From positions 358 to 64,357 of the forward strand of contig JAYORG010000001.1 of assembly GCA_038123275.1 (NCBI GenBank): DNA of 64,000 nucleotides. Reading direction: 5' to 3'. The notes under the pieces are model-generated. The model made no database searches and had not been told where the DNA came from. It saw only the letters and a program-made list of their open reading frames with translations. Every line of letters begins with the position of its first letter. Positions within the stretch are counted from its first letter, which is position 1. The position numbers and the translations under genes were made by a program. The DNA is from Rickettsiales bacterium (GTDB taxonomy: Bacteria; Pseudomonadota; Alphaproteobacteria; Rickettsiales; UBA1997). Below, piece after piece: positions 23,266 through 33,796 of the stretch.

Positions 23266-25179
23266 ATGAAAAATAAGAAAGAAAATAAGCAAGGTCAAAA
23301 TCAAAATCAATATGAATTTGATGTTGAGGTAGGTAAGATCCTTAGTTTAATGATTAATTCTTTATATACTAACAAAGATGTTGCTTTAAGAGAGCTAATT
23401 TCAAATGCTGCTGATGCTTGTGATAAATTGCGTTATATTGCATTGCAAGATGCAAAATTAACTAGCAAAGATGAATTAAAAATTACTATTTCTAATGATG
23501 CCAATGCCAAAACTATTATTGTTCAAGATAATGGTATTGGTATGAATAAAGAGGATCTACTAGAAAACCTAGGGACAATTGCTCGCAGTGGAACGGAGAA
23601 TTTTATTAAATCTTTAACCGGAGATAATAAAAAAGATGTACAATTAATAGGTCAATTTGGTGTTGGTTTTTACTCTTCTTTTATGATTGCAAATGAAGTT
23701 GAAGTTATTTCTAAAAAAGCAGGTGAAAAACAATCTTATAAATGGAAGTCAACAGGTCAAGGTAGCTTTTCTATTGATGAAGCAGAAGATCTAGAACATA
23801 GTGGAACTAAGATTATTTTACATTTAAAAGATGATGCTAAAGAGTTTTTGGATAATTTTCACATTAAAAATATTGTTGAAACCTACTCTGATCATATAGA
23901 TATCAAGATTGATTTAATTGGTGAAGATGGCAAGGCAGAAACTATTAACTCAGCTAGTGCAATTTGGACAAAATCGCCAAAAGATGTTACAAATGAGCAA
24001 TATCAAGAATTTTACAAACATATTTCTCATTTAGCTGGCGATCCTTTTATGACGATTCACAATAAGGTAGAAGGTATTTTAGAATATACTAATTTACTTT
24101 TTATTCCATCAATGAAGCCTTATGATTTGTTTCATCCAGACAGAAGAGGCAGAGTGAAACTTTATGTTAAAAGAGTTTTTATTAGTGAAGAGTTAGAATT
24201 GGTTCCAGCTTGGCTTAGATTTATGAGAGGAATTATTGATTCACAAGATTTGCCTTTAAATATTAGCCGTGAAAATTTGCAGCATAATTTAGTATTGGCA
24301 AAAATTAAAACAGCAATTATTAAAAAAGTTTTAAGTGAGTTAAAGAAAAAATCAGAAAAAAGCGAAGAAGATTACCTAAAATTTTGGAATAATTTTGGTG
24401 CTGTTTTGAAAGAAGGATTATGTGAACCAACAAGTTTTAAAGATCAAATTTTTGAAGCTTGTCGTTTTTATACCTCAAAATCTCCAGATAAATTGATATC
24501 TTTACAGCAATATTTGGACAATATTAAAGGTGATCAAGACAAAATTTACTACATTACTGCTGAGTCAATTAAAAAAGCTAAAGATAGCCCTCAATTAGAA
24601 GGTTTTATTAGTAAAGATGTAGAAGTTTTATTTTTAACTGATGCAGTTGATGAATTTTGGGTCACGGTTAGCAACGCTTATAAAGAAAAAACATTTCATT
24701 CAGTTACAAGGTCTGATATTGACTTAGAAAAAGTTGATAAAAAGGAAAGTGAAGAGGATGGTCAAAAAGATGACACAAAAGACGTTACCAATAGTAAGTT
24801 TGAGAATTTAAACAAATTAGTTAAGGAAGTCCTAAAGGATAATATTAAGGATGTAAAAATTTCCAAGAAATTAACTGATAGTCCAGTATGTTTAGTTGTA
24901 GAGCTGGGAGCTATGGATATTAGAATGGAAAGATATATGCTTGAACAAAAGCAAATACCTTCAGCTTCATCTAAAATTTTAGAAATTAATCCAAATCATC
25001 AGATAATAAAAAATTTGAATGATAATATTGGTGATGATGCTAAAAAAGAAGATAATATTGCTATTATTAAAACTCTTTTTGACCAAGCTTGTATTATTGA
25101 AGGTGAGCCAATTTTAGATCATAAAGATTTTTCTAATAGATTAGTAAAATTAATGACAACTCACTTTGCAAAAAAGTAA
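23266..25179 (+). CDS. htpG: chaperone HtpG (Hsp90)
   Basis: LRELISNAADA, DNGIGM, IGQFGVGFYS. Confidence 0.98.
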   Translation: MKNKKENKQGQNQNQYEFDVEVGKILSLMINSLYTNKDVALRELISNAADACDKLRYIALQDAKLTSKDELKITISNDANAKTIIVQDNGIGMNKEDLLENLGTIARSGTENFIKSLTGDNKKDVQLIGQFGVGFYSSFMIANEVEVISKKAGEKQSYKWKSTGQGSFSIDEAEDLEHSGTKIILHLKDDAKEFLDNFHIKNIVETYSDHIDIKIDLIGEDGKAETINSASAIWTKSPKDVTNEQYQEFYKHISHLAGDPFMTIHNKVEGILEYTNLLFIPSMKPYDLFHPDRRGRVKLYVKRVFISEELELVPAWLRFMRGIIDSQDLPLNISRENLQHNLVLAKIKTAIIKKVLSELKKKSEKSEEDYLKFWNNFGAVLKEGLCEPTSFKDQIFEACRFYTSKSPDKLISLQQYLDNIKGDQDKIYYITAESIKKAKDSPQLEGFISKDVEVLFLTDAVDEFWVTVSNAYKEKTFHSVTRSDIDLEKVDKKESEEDGQKDDTKDVTNSKFENLNKLVKEVLKDNIKDVKISKKLTDSPVCLVVELGAMDIRMERYMLEQKQIPSASSKILEINPNHQIIKNLNDNIGDDAKKEDNIAIIKTLFDQACIIEGEPILDHKDFSNRLVKLMTTHFAKK

Positions 25180-25318
25180 GTAATATTAAGCTGTAATCAA
25201 AGTCTAAGTAAATATAATTTTCTATCGCTTTTTTAAGATTAAAGCTTTTGCAAATTAAAAATTAATAAGATAGTTTTTAGAGCAATATTTTATTAACCTT
25301 AAATTAAACCAGAAGAAT

Positions 25319-25822
25319 ATGTCATTAAATAAAGTTACCCTTATAGGGAATGTCGGTCAAGACCCAGAAATTAGATCAACATCAGATGGTAGAGAATTAG
25401 CAAATTTCTCTATTGCCACCACTGAAAGTTGGAAAGATAAAAATACTGGAGAAAAAAGAGATAAAACAGAATGGCATAGAATTGTTGTTTTCTCTCAAGG
25501 GTTAGTTGGTATTATTAAAAACTATGTTAAAAAAGGTTCAAAGCTATATATAGAAGGTCAATTACAAACTAGAAAATGGACTGATAATAATGGTGTAGAA
25601 AAATATACAACTGAAGTAATTTTGCAAAATTATAATTCAAATTTACAAATGCTAGATTCTCGTAATTCACAAGGTTCTAATGGTGATTATGGTAATCAAC
25701 AGCAAGCTTCTTACAGTAATCAACAAACTTCACAAGCTACATCCACACCGCAAGAAGTAGCAGCAAATGATACAACTCAAAATAATTTCAGTGAAGAGTT
25801 GGATGATGATATTCCATTTTAA
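25319..25822 (+). CDS. ssb: single-stranded DNA-binding protein
   Basis: NKVTLIGNVGQDPE, TEWHR, C-terminal DDDIPF. Confidence 0.98.
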   Translation: MSLNKVTLIGNVGQDPEIRSTSDGRELANFSIATTESWKDKNTGEKRDKTEWHRIVVFSQGLVGIIKNYVKKGSKLYIEGQLQTRKWTDNNGVEKYTTEVILQNYNSNLQMLDSRNSQGSNGDYGNQQQASYSNQQTSQATSTPQEVAANDTTQNNFSEELDDDIPF

Positions 25823-25849
25823 GAAATTTAATAATTATTCTTCAAAACT

Positions 25850-27895
25850 ATGCCTTCAGTTACAATTAATGGTAAAACTATTCAGGTAGATGGCGACATC
25901 ACTTTGATTCAAGCTTGTGAAATTGCCGGAGTTGAAGTGCCTCGTTTTTGTTATCATGAAAGATTATCAGTAGCTGGAAATTGCCGTATGTGCTTGGTTG
26001 AGGTTGAAGGTGGGCCACCAAAACCAGTAGCTTCTTGTGCTACTCCTATTATGGATGGCATGAAGGTAAAAACCAATAGCCCAATGGTCAAAAAGGCGCG
26101 TGAAGGTGTTATGGAGTTTTTATTGGCTAATCACCCATTAGATTGCCCAATTTGTGATCAAGGTGGTGAATGTGATTTGCAAGATCAGGCATATAGCTAT
26201 GGTAGAACAGATAGTGAATTTAGTGAGCACAAAAGAGCCGTTAAAGATAAAAATCTAGGTCCTTTAGTAAAAACTGCAATGACTCGTTGTATACAATGTA
26301 CCAGATGTGTAAGATTTATCACTGATGTTGCAGGTGTGGCTGAGCTTGGTGCTGTAAATAGAGGTGAGAATATGGAAATTACTAGCTATTTAGAAAAATC
26401 TCTAACCTCAGAATTATCAGGAAATATTATTGATTTATGTCCGGTTGGCGCTTTAACTTCAAAGCCATATGCCTTTAAAGCTAGAAGCTGGGAATTAAAG
26501 AAAACAACTTCAATTGATATAATGGATGGTGTTGGAAGTAATATTAGAATTGATAGTCGTGGTTTAGAGGTGATGAGAATTTTGCCTAATTTAAATGAAG
26601 ATATTAACGAAGAATGGATTTCTGATAAAGCTCGTTTTTGTTATGATGCTTTAAAATATCAAAGGTTAGATAAGGCCTATATTAAAAGAGCTGGAAAATT
26701 AATACCAGTTTCTTTGGATGAAGCTTATCAAGCTATTATAGATAAATTTAAAGACATAAAACCAGAAGAAATTGCTGCTTTAAGTGGTAACTTATCTGCC
26801 GTTGAAGACATATTATCATTAAAATTGCTTATGCAAAAATTAGGTAGTGATAATATTGATTGTAGAGATCAAAATAGCATAATTGATGCAAATAATAGGG
26901 CTTCTTATGTTTTTAATAGCACAATTAATGGTATTGATGAGGCGGATTCTTGTCTAATTATTGGCTCTAATATTCGCCATGATGCCCCAATAGTTAATGC
27001 TAGGATTAGAAAAAGATATCTTACTGGCAAATTAGAAATTGCTAAAATTGGAGTAGAACAAGATTTAACTTATAATACCCTAGATTTAGGTGATTCAATA
27101 GAGTCTTTAAAGGAAATAATTGATGGTACATCTAAATTTTCTAAAGTTTTAAAAAGCTCAAAAAAGCCAATGGTTATTATTGGCGGTAATGTATTAAACC
27201 AAGAAAATAGTCAAGAGATCATAACTTTAGTAAGTGAAATTATTAAAAAATATAATGTAGTTACAGATAATTTTAATGGCTTTAATATTTTGCATGATAA
27301 TGCTGCAATTGTTGGTTCTTTAGATGCTGGTTTTGTTTCTCAAGATAAAGATATTAATCGTGCCACAATTTTAGAGAAATGTTCTAAAAATAAGATAAAG
27401 GCTTTATATTTACTAGGTGATGATTCTATTAAGACAGATACATTAGAAAATACCTTTGTTATTTATCAAGGATCACACGGTGATAAATCTGCCTCAATGG
27501 CTGATGTTATTTTACCAAGTGCTGCTTATACAGAGAAAAATGCTACTTATGTTAATATTGAAGGAAGACCTCAAAGAACTACCAGAGCTACATTTGCTCC
27601 AGGTGATGCTAAGGAAGATTGGCAGGTAATCTATACTTTAGCCAAAAAATTAGATATTGATCTTGGTTTTAATAATTTAGATCAATTAAGAGATATTGCT
27701 ATTTCAATAAATCCTATTTTTGGCAACATTAATCAAGTTGCTAAAAATGATTGGGTAGATTTAAAAAAGGTAAAAACTGTTAATGATGATAGGGAAATAA
27801 GATCTAATCAGGGTAATTTCTTTAAAAATAATGTTATTGTTAGAAATTCTAAGATCTTAGATAAATGTCATAAAGAATTATTATCACTTTCTTAG
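25850..27895 (+). CDS. nuoG: NADH-quinone oxidoreductase subunit G
   Basis: FCYH...CRMC, HPLDCPICDQGGECDLQ, CIQCTRC. Confidence 0.98.
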   Translation: MPSVTINGKTIQVDGDITLIQACEIAGVEVPRFCYHERLSVAGNCRMCLVEVEGGPPKPVASCATPIMDGMKVKTNSPMVKKAREGVMEFLLANHPLDCPICDQGGECDLQDQAYSYGRTDSEFSEHKRAVKDKNLGPLVKTAMTRCIQCTRCVRFITDVAGVAELGAVNRGENMEITSYLEKSLTSELSGNIIDLCPVGALTSKPYAFKARSWELKKTTSIDIMDGVGSNIRIDSRGLEVMRILPNLNEDINEEWISDKARFCYDALKYQRLDKAYIKRAGKLIPVSLDEAYQAIIDKFKDIKPEEIAALSGNLSAVEDILSLKLLMQKLGSDNIDCRDQNSIIDANNRASYVFNSTINGIDEADSCLIIGSNIRHDAPIVNARIRKRYLTGKLEIAKIGVEQDLTYNTLDLGDSIESLKEIIDGTSKFSKVLKSSKKPMVIIGGNVLNQENSQEIITLVSEIIKKYNVVTDNFNGFNILHDNAAIVGSLDAGFVSQDKDINRATILEKCSKNKIKALYLLGDDSIKTDTLENTFVIYQGSHGDKSASMADVILPSAAYTEKNATYVNIEGRPQRTTRATFAPGDAKEDWQVIYTLAKKLDIDLGFNNLDQLRDIAISINPIFGNINQVAKNDWVDLKKVKTVNDDREIRSNQGNFFKNNVIVRNSKILDKCHKELLSLS

Positions 27896-27989
27896 GAATA
27901 TATAAGTATTAGCTTGATAATTAAAAACTTTGGCTTAAAATCCGCCATCCTTTTTGGTTTTATAAATATAATTAATAGATTACATAGAT

Positions 27990-28457
27990 ATGAGTACTAG
28001 AATTCGCCTTTCTAGAGGTGGTAGAAAAAACGCCCCATTTTATAGAATAGTTGTTGCTAATTCAACTTCTCCAAGAGATGGAAAATTTATTGAGAAAGTT
28101 GGAACTTATAATCCTCTTTTAGAAAAAGATCGCGTTACCATTAACAAAGAAAGAATTGAGTATTGGCTTGGCACTGGTGCTACTCCAAGTGAAAGAGTGT
28201 CTATATTCTTAAATCAATTAGGAGTAAAAGGTGCTGATAAATATAAGCCAGAATTTGAGCCTAGAAAAAAAGGTCATGGTGCTAAGAAGAAAGCTCAAGA
28301 AGCTGCTGCAAAAGCATTAGAAGATGCGGCTAAGAAAAAAGAAGAAGAAGCTGCCGCTAAAGAAGACGCATCAGAAGCTCAAGAAGCTCCTAAAGAAGAA
28401 GCTCCTAAAGAAGAAGCTCCTAAAGAAGAAGCTCCTAAAGAAGAAGCTAAAGCTTAA
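27990..28457 (+). CDS. rpsP: 30S ribosomal protein S16 with EEAPK-repeat C-terminal extension
   Basis: RIRLSRGG...PFYRIVVA...PRDG. Confidence 0.97.
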   Translation: MSTRIRLSRGGRKNAPFYRIVVANSTSPRDGKFIEKVGTYNPLLEKDRVTINKERIEYWLGTGATPSERVSIFLNQLGVKGADKYKPEFEPRKKGHGAKKKAQEAAAKALEDAAKKKEEEAAAKEDASEAQEAPKEEAPKEEAPKEEAPKEEAKA

Positions 28458-28527
28458 TAGAGTATTTTAATAGAAGTATCTATTAATTTCTCCTAATATT
28501 ATTAGGTGATTTTCTTATAATAATTAA

Positions 28528-29781
28528 ATGATAATGTTTCTATATCGATTATTATCAGTATTATTATTTCCTCTAATTTACCTTTATCTAATTATTAGAC
28601 TTATAAAAGGCAAAGAGGATAGGTCTCGTTTTAAGGAAAGATTTGGGTTTAATAGTCACAAAAGACAAGACGGTCAATTGATATTTATACATTCAGTTAG
28701 CGTTGGAGAGTCCAATTCAGCTATTTCACTAATTGAAACAATATTAAAAAATAATCCACAAACTAATATTTTATTTACCTCTACTACTCTAACTTCTGCT
28801 GCTCAAATTAATAATAAGTTAAAAAACAATAAAAGAGTAATACATCAATTTTTGCCAATTGATGATATTTTTAGTATAAGAAGATTTATAAAATATTGGC
28901 GTCCTGATCTAGCAGTTTTTATTGAATCAGAAATTTGGCCAAATTTAATTAATGAATTATCTAAAAATAATATTAAACTAGCTTTGATTAATGCTAGAAT
29001 TTCTGCAAGATCAGCTAAAAGATGGTCATATTTACATCAAATAGGTTTTAATATTTTTAAACATTTCCAAATTTCTTTTGCTCAAAGTGAACAAGATAAA
29101 AAAAGATTAATAGATTTAGGATTAAAACATACTAAATTTATAGGAAATCTAAAATCTTGCGCTCAAATTCTTGAATTTAATGAAAAAGAGTTAAAAAAGC
29201 TTTCAAATCAAATAAAAGATAGGAAGTTATGGCTTGCATCTAGTACTCATAGGGGTGAGGAGGAGATTATTATTAGAATTCATCAAAAATTAAAGAAATA
29301 TTATCCTGATCTTTTAACTATTATTGCTCCAAGACACCCTAATAGGATAGATGAAATAGTTAAAATTATTCCAAAAACCCTAAATTTTGCTATTAGAAGT
29401 AAAAAAGAGGTAATAAATAAGGATATAGACCTCTATCTAGCTGATACTTTGGGAGAATTAGGGTTGTTTTATAAATTAAGTGATATTTCTCTTATTGCTG
29501 GTTCTCTTAAGGATGGTATTGGTGGGCATAACCCTTTTGAAGCGTTAAAATTAGGTTCAATTGTTATTTCTGGTAAAAATGTTATAAATTTTGCGCAAAT
29601 ATATGATGATTTAGGGAGTAATAATGCTTGCTTGCTTGCAAAAGATGAAAAAGATCTATTCTCTTATCTGTTAAAATTATTAAAAGATCCTAAATTTAGG
29701 AGCAGCCTTAGAGAAAACTGGAAGAAAATGGATCAAGATAGTAGCGAAATTTTGCTAAAAATAGTGCAAGAATTAAAATAA
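28528..29781 (+). CDS. waaA: 3-deoxy-D-manno-octulosonic acid (Kdo) transferase
   Basis: HSVSVGE, ESEIWPN, ASSTH.GEE, APRHP, GGHNPFE. Confidence 0.95.
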   Translation: MIMFLYRLLSVLLFPLIYLYLIIRLIKGKEDRSRFKERFGFNSHKRQDGQLIFIHSVSVGESNSAISLIETILKNNPQTNILFTSTTLTSAAQINNKLKNNKRVIHQFLPIDDIFSIRRFIKYWRPDLAVFIESEIWPNLINELSKNNIKLALINARISARSAKRWSYLHQIGFNIFKHFQISFAQSEQDKKRLIDLGLKHTKFIGNLKSCAQILEFNEKELKKLSNQIKDRKLWLASSTHRGEEEIIIRIHQKLKKYYPDLLTIIAPRHPNRIDEIVKIIPKTLNFAIRSKKEVINKDIDLYLADTLGELGLFYKLSDISLIAGSLKDGIGGHNPFEALKLGSIVISGKNVINFAQIYDDLGSNNACLLAKDEKDLFSYLLKLLKDPKFRSSLRENWKKMDQDSSEILLKIVQELK

Positions 29782-29862
29782 AAACTTGCAAAAATAAAAT
29801 TATTATTTGAGAATACCGACTGTTTGGCATCTATTGTATTTTGTGGTTTCTAATAAAAATGC

Positions 29863-29891
29863 TTGCAAAAGATAAAATTATTTGCTATAAT
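29863..29891 (+). promoter_or_regulatory. sigma70-like promoter upstream of virB2
   Basis: TTGCAA-17 nt-TATAAT with extended TG; a similar copy lies at 29786-29814. Confidence 0.6.
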
Positions 29892-29949
29892 AGATTCTAG
29901 TTCTTTATAAATTTTACATTTTTATTAACAACTTTAATTTAGGTGACTT

Positions 29950-30327
29950 ATGATAAATTTAATTCTTAAAAAAATATCTGCTTTATTCATTATAGCATTT
30001 TTAATAACACTTGCTCCTGTTATGTCAGGAAGCAATGATGCAGTTGCATCTGATAGTAGCGAATGGATACAAGTAGCAGAAACAACATATACTGCTGATG
30101 ATAATGCTTTTGTTGATAGCTTATGCAGTATCTTTGAAATGGCCACTGGTAATGGTGGTAAAGCATTTGCGGCATTCGCAATTATTTCTCTTGGTATTGG
30201 TTTTTTTACGGGTAAAGTATCATGGGGTTTAATGCTTGGTGTTGCAGCTGGTATCGCTGCTATGTTTGGTGCTCCAACAATTGTTTCAGCAATTTCAGGA
30301 GAATCTGCATTTGATTGCGAGGAATAA
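29950..30327 (+). CDS. virB2: TrbC/VirB2-family type IV secretion pilin
   Basis: Signal peptide, LC..., two TM helices joined by GKVSW, FGAPTIV, C-terminal Cys. Confidence 0.85.
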   Translation: MINLILKKISALFIIAFLITLAPVMSGSNDAVASDSSEWIQVAETTYTADDNAFVDSLCSIFEMATGNGGKAFAAFAIISLGIGFFTGKVSWGLMLGVAAGIAAMFGAPTIVSAISGESAFDCEE

Positions 30328-30356
30328 TAATATATTAACTAATAAAACTTTTCTAG

Positions 30357-30692
30357 ATGTCTAAAAGATGTAATTTGTTGAATGTATCTCCTATGAGTGG
30401 GAATAATGTTTCCCACTCAAATAGGAAAACTAAAAGACGTTTCCTACCAAATTTAAATAAATTATCATTTAAAAGTGAAGCTCTTGGAGTTAAACTAAAC
30501 TTTAAGATTGCAGCTTCTACTTTAAGAACCATAAACAAATATGGTAATATTGATAATTTTTTAATTAATTATCGCTTTAACAAGCTAACTGATACTGCTA
30601 AAAAGTTCAGAACTAGCATAAAGAAAGCTTTAGTTAAAAAAGGTGAATTTGATAATTTAAAGGTAAAAAGTAGAAAAAAGGTTTCTGCTTAA
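30357..30692 (+). CDS. rpmB: 50S ribosomal protein L28
   Basis: MSKRC...GNNVSHSNRKTKRRFLPNL. Confidence 0.97.
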   Translation: MSKRCNLLNVSPMSGNNVSHSNRKTKRRFLPNLNKLSFKSEALGVKLNFKIAASTLRTINKYGNIDNFLINYRFNKLTDTAKKFRTSIKKALVKKGEFDNLKVKSRKKVSA

Positions 30693-30720
30693 GTTTGCAA
30701 ATTTCGATAGATATGATATA

Positions 30721-30755
30721 AAAAGCCAATCATGTTAAAGTATGATTGGCTTTTT
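30721..30755. terminator. bidirectional terminator between convergent rpmB and the dehydratase gene
   Basis: aaaagccaatcat...atgattggctttt. Confidence 0.75.
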
Positions 30756-30760
30756 GTGTT

Positions 30761-31693
30761 TTAAGATAAATTTCCTCCAGAGATCACAACAAGAATCTTT
30801 TCATTTTGAATCTTATTGTCGGTAATCCATTTACTGCACCCAGCCATTGCCATTGCTGCAGTAGGCTCAATTTTTTCTTGTAAAATATTAGTTAATTGTT
30901 TTGTCCAGTAAGATATTTCCTTTTCGCTAACTTCAATAATGTCATTAAGTTGCTTTAAATAACAAAAAGTATTGTCACTTACGGATAATGTTCTAGCTCC
31001 ATCTGCAATAGTATTTGGGCTATCACTAAAAGAAAAAATCTTATTATTTGTAACTGATAGACGTGCATCATTAGCAATTTGAGGTTCTACGGCAAAAATC
31101 TTTGATTTTTTTTTATAATTTTGATTGGCTAGATAAATACCAGAAACCAAACCTCCGCCACCACAAGGAGCAAAGGTGCTATCAAATTGACCAATTTGTT
31201 CGACACTTTCTAAAAATAAAGTGCCTTGACCGGCAATTATTAGATTATCAGCAAAAGGATGTATAAAATGGTAGCCTTCTTTAATTTTTTCTTCGGCTAA
31301 TTTATTAGCTTTAGATCTTTTATCGGTAATTACTACTTTAGCACCCAAATTGCGCATAGATTCTATTTTAAAGTGAGTAGTAACCTTGGAAGTATATATT
31401 AGTGCCTCTATGCCAAGTTTAGAGCAAATATAAGCAATTGCGGTACCATGATTGCCAGAAGTTACGGCCACAACCTTTTTTGGCAATTCTTCTTGTTCTT
31501 TTAAGTATAATAGGTGATTAAATGCTCCTCTAGCTTTAAAAGATCCAGATTTCTGTAGATTTTCTAATTTAAAGAAAATTTCATTATCTAAGTCTTTATT
31601 TAAGAATTTATTTGAAATAATTTTAGTTTTATGAATATGGTTAGAAATTCTATTTTGAGCTTCTAAAACATTTTCAAAGGTTAAATCATTCAT
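30761..31693 (-). CDS. PLP-dependent threonine/serine dehydratase (catabolic type)
   Basis: KLENLQKSGSFKARGA, SGNHG, PCGGGGL, SGGN. Confidence 0.9.
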   Translation of the reverse strand: MNDLTFENVLEAQNRISNHIHKTKIISNKFLNKDLDNEIFFKLENLQKSGSFKARGAFNHLLYLKEQEELPKKVVAVTSGNHGTAIAYICSKLGIEALIYTSKVTTHFKIESMRNLGAKVVITDKRSKANKLAEEKIKEGYHFIHPFADNLIIAGQGTLFLESVEQIGQFDSTFAPCGGGGLVSGIYLANQNYKKKSKIFAVEPQIANDARLSVTNNKIFSFSDSPNTIADGARTLSVSDNTFCYLKQLNDIIEVSEKEISYWTKQLTNILQEKIEPTAAMAMAGCSKWITDNKIQNEKILVVISGGNLS

Positions 31694-31794
31694 TTATTGT
31701 ATGCTTAATTAGGTTAATTAGTAACATTTATTCCTTTTAGTATAAAATATGATTATATTTTTATATACAAGTTGGCATTAGTACAATATTTTTC

Positions 31795-31822
31795 TTGACT
31801 AATCTTGTTTAAAAGGTATACT
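31795..31822 (+). promoter_or_regulatory. sigma70-like promoter upstream of the M23 peptidase gene
   Basis: TTGACT-16 nt-TATACT. Confidence 0.5.
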
Positions 31823-31897
31823 ATATATCAGTAGTTCTAGCCCTTGTTTCAAGTTTGATATAGAACTTTGAATAATGTTACTTAATTATATAGATAA

Positions 31898-33106
31898 TTG
31901 ATAAATGGGAGTAGTATTTTGTTTAGTATAAGAAGAATAAAATTATCGGTATTATCGTTTCCAAAGTTTATGGCTTTATTGATAAAAAAGCTATTTACTA
32001 AAAAAACCTTGATATTAATATCTAAGGATAAAATTAGAAACTTTGAAATTAGCTCTTTTGCTCAAGTTCTTGTGCTGTCCTTTGTTGTTTTGGTTGCTAA
32101 TTTATTTTATAAATCAACAGTTTATAATAAAATAATTAGTGAGAAATCTTTTAGAATTAGCAAGTTACAAAAGGCTAATAAAGGTTTTAATAGAGAGTTA
32201 ACTCTAATTAATAGCAATCTTGAAAAAATTAATAGTTATTTTATAACTGCTGCAAATTATGAAGGTGGTATTGATTCTAAGCATAATATTGGTCTTCATG
32301 ATAAGCAGTTTGATCTTTTAGTTGCTGATTTAGATTTGGAAGAAAATTATAAAAAGACAGCTATAGAAATTGCTAGTGCTAATTATATTTTGGATAATGT
32401 AAAAGCTCTTGCTAAAAAACGTATTGCTAGTCTTGAGAGTAAAATTACTGCAACAGGAATTGCTTTAAATGAAGATCAAATTAATAATAGTGAAAATGGC
32501 TTATACGACAGTGAGCTAGTGGCTTTATCGCTTAATACTGAAGATGAGTTATTAAAACAAGGTGGTCCTTTTGAAGAAGCTGCAATTATTGATGGTGATG
32601 ACATTAGTCAAACAATTGATCTTGGAACGGTGGATATTAATGATGAAATTAATTATTTATCAAATTTAGAAAAATTTATTTATCATGCTCCATTAGCAAG
32701 GCCTATGGAAGATTATTATGTGTCTAGTGGTTTTGGCCATAGAGTAGATCCAATTAAAAAAGTTAGAGCAAGTCATAATGGCATGGATTTTGTTGGTGGT
32801 GAACATGCTAAGGTTCTAAGCCCTTCAGTTGGTCAAGTTAAAACAGCTGGTACCTTTGGAGCTTATGGTAAAACAGTTATAATTGATCATGGTTATGGTA
32901 TTACTACAAGATATGGTCATTTATATAAAATTAATGTAAAAAAAGGTGATATTGTTAAAAGGGGTGATGTTATAGCACTTCAAGGTAACAGTGGTAGAAG
33001 TACTGGTTCTCATTTGCATTATGAAGTAAGATATAATAATTCTCCTTTAAATCCAAGAAAATTCCTAAAATCTGGAGATAATCTTTTTAAAAGGGATGAA
33101 ATTTAA
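31898..33106 (+). CDS. M23 family metallopeptidase with coiled-coil region
   Basis: HNGMD, YGHL, STGSHLHYEV; true start may be ATG 31970. Confidence 0.92.
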   Translation: MINGSSILFSIRRIKLSVLSFPKFMALLIKKLFTKKTLILISKDKIRNFEISSFAQVLVLSFVVLVANLFYKSTVYNKIISEKSFRISKLQKANKGFNRELTLINSNLEKINSYFITAANYEGGIDSKHNIGLHDKQFDLLVADLDLEENYKKTAIEIASANYILDNVKALAKKRIASLESKITATGIALNEDQINNSENGLYDSELVALSLNTEDELLKQGGPFEEAAIIDGDDISQTIDLGTVDINDEINYLSNLEKFIYHAPLARPMEDYYVSSGFGHRVDPIKKVRASHNGMDFVGGEHAKVLSPSVGQVKTAGTFGAYGKTVIIDHGYGITTRYGHLYKINVKKGDIVKRGDVIALQGNSGRSTGSHLHYEVRYNNSPLNPRKFLKSGDNLFKRDEI

Positions 33107-33108
33107 TA

Positions 33109-33594
33109 ATGATAAAAAGACGTCTTTTTAGAATATTAAAATTAAACAATCAGGAAAATAAAAAAAATATCAATTATATGACAGTTATCAATAAATCAGA
33201 AACGCCTTCAATTTTGTCTAAAACTTTTAAGATTCAAGGTGATATTAAGAGTTCTGGCATTTTAGAAATTGAAGGTAATGCTAAGGGTACAATTAAAGGT
33301 AACTCAGTTATAATTAGAGAAGATGGTTTAGTTGAAGGTAAGATAGATTCAGAATCTGTATGTATTCATGGTTCATTTAATGGTGATATTAAAGCTGATA
33401 ACATAAATATTTTTAAGAAAGCTAAAATAGTTGGTAATATTGAGTATAAATCTTTATCAGTTGAAGATGGCGCTTATATTGATGGTCAGTTTAAAAGAAT
33501 TGTTTCGGCATCAACTTCAACCACTACTACACAGGCTCCAGATAATAAAGCTGCCAATGAAAATAAGAGTAATTCAAAAACAAAAGCTTCATAA
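33109..33594 (+). CDS. bactofilin (polymer-forming cytoskeletal protein)
   Basis: Beta-helical G.I repeats ending in LSVEDGAYIDG; typical pairing with an M23 peptidase. Confidence 0.88.
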   Translation: MIKRRLFRILKLNNQENKKNINYMTVINKSETPSILSKTFKIQGDIKSSGILEIEGNAKGTIKGNSVIIREDGLVEGKIDSESVCIHGSFNGDIKADNINIFKKAKIVGNIEYKSLSVEDGAYIDGQFKRIVSASTSTTTTQAPDNKAANENKSNSKTKAS

Positions 33595-33796
33595 TTTATA
33601 GTTTTACCATGCAATCAAAATTTTAGTTGCATTACTAAAAAATCCCTTATAGACTTTAGAGCTCAAGCTTTTGAGCTTCCTTAACTTTTTCTTTTACATT
33701 TTTAAAATTAACGCTAAGGTTGCTACCAAAGCGCTTTAGTGTATTTGTTGTTAACTTGTGTATAGTTAATATAATATTAATTAATAAATAATTTCG

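Noticed and set aside
28380-28452. 15-bp tandem repeat in rpsP (EEAPK)n
   Set aside because: Low-complexity S16 C-terminal extensions are common; not novel.
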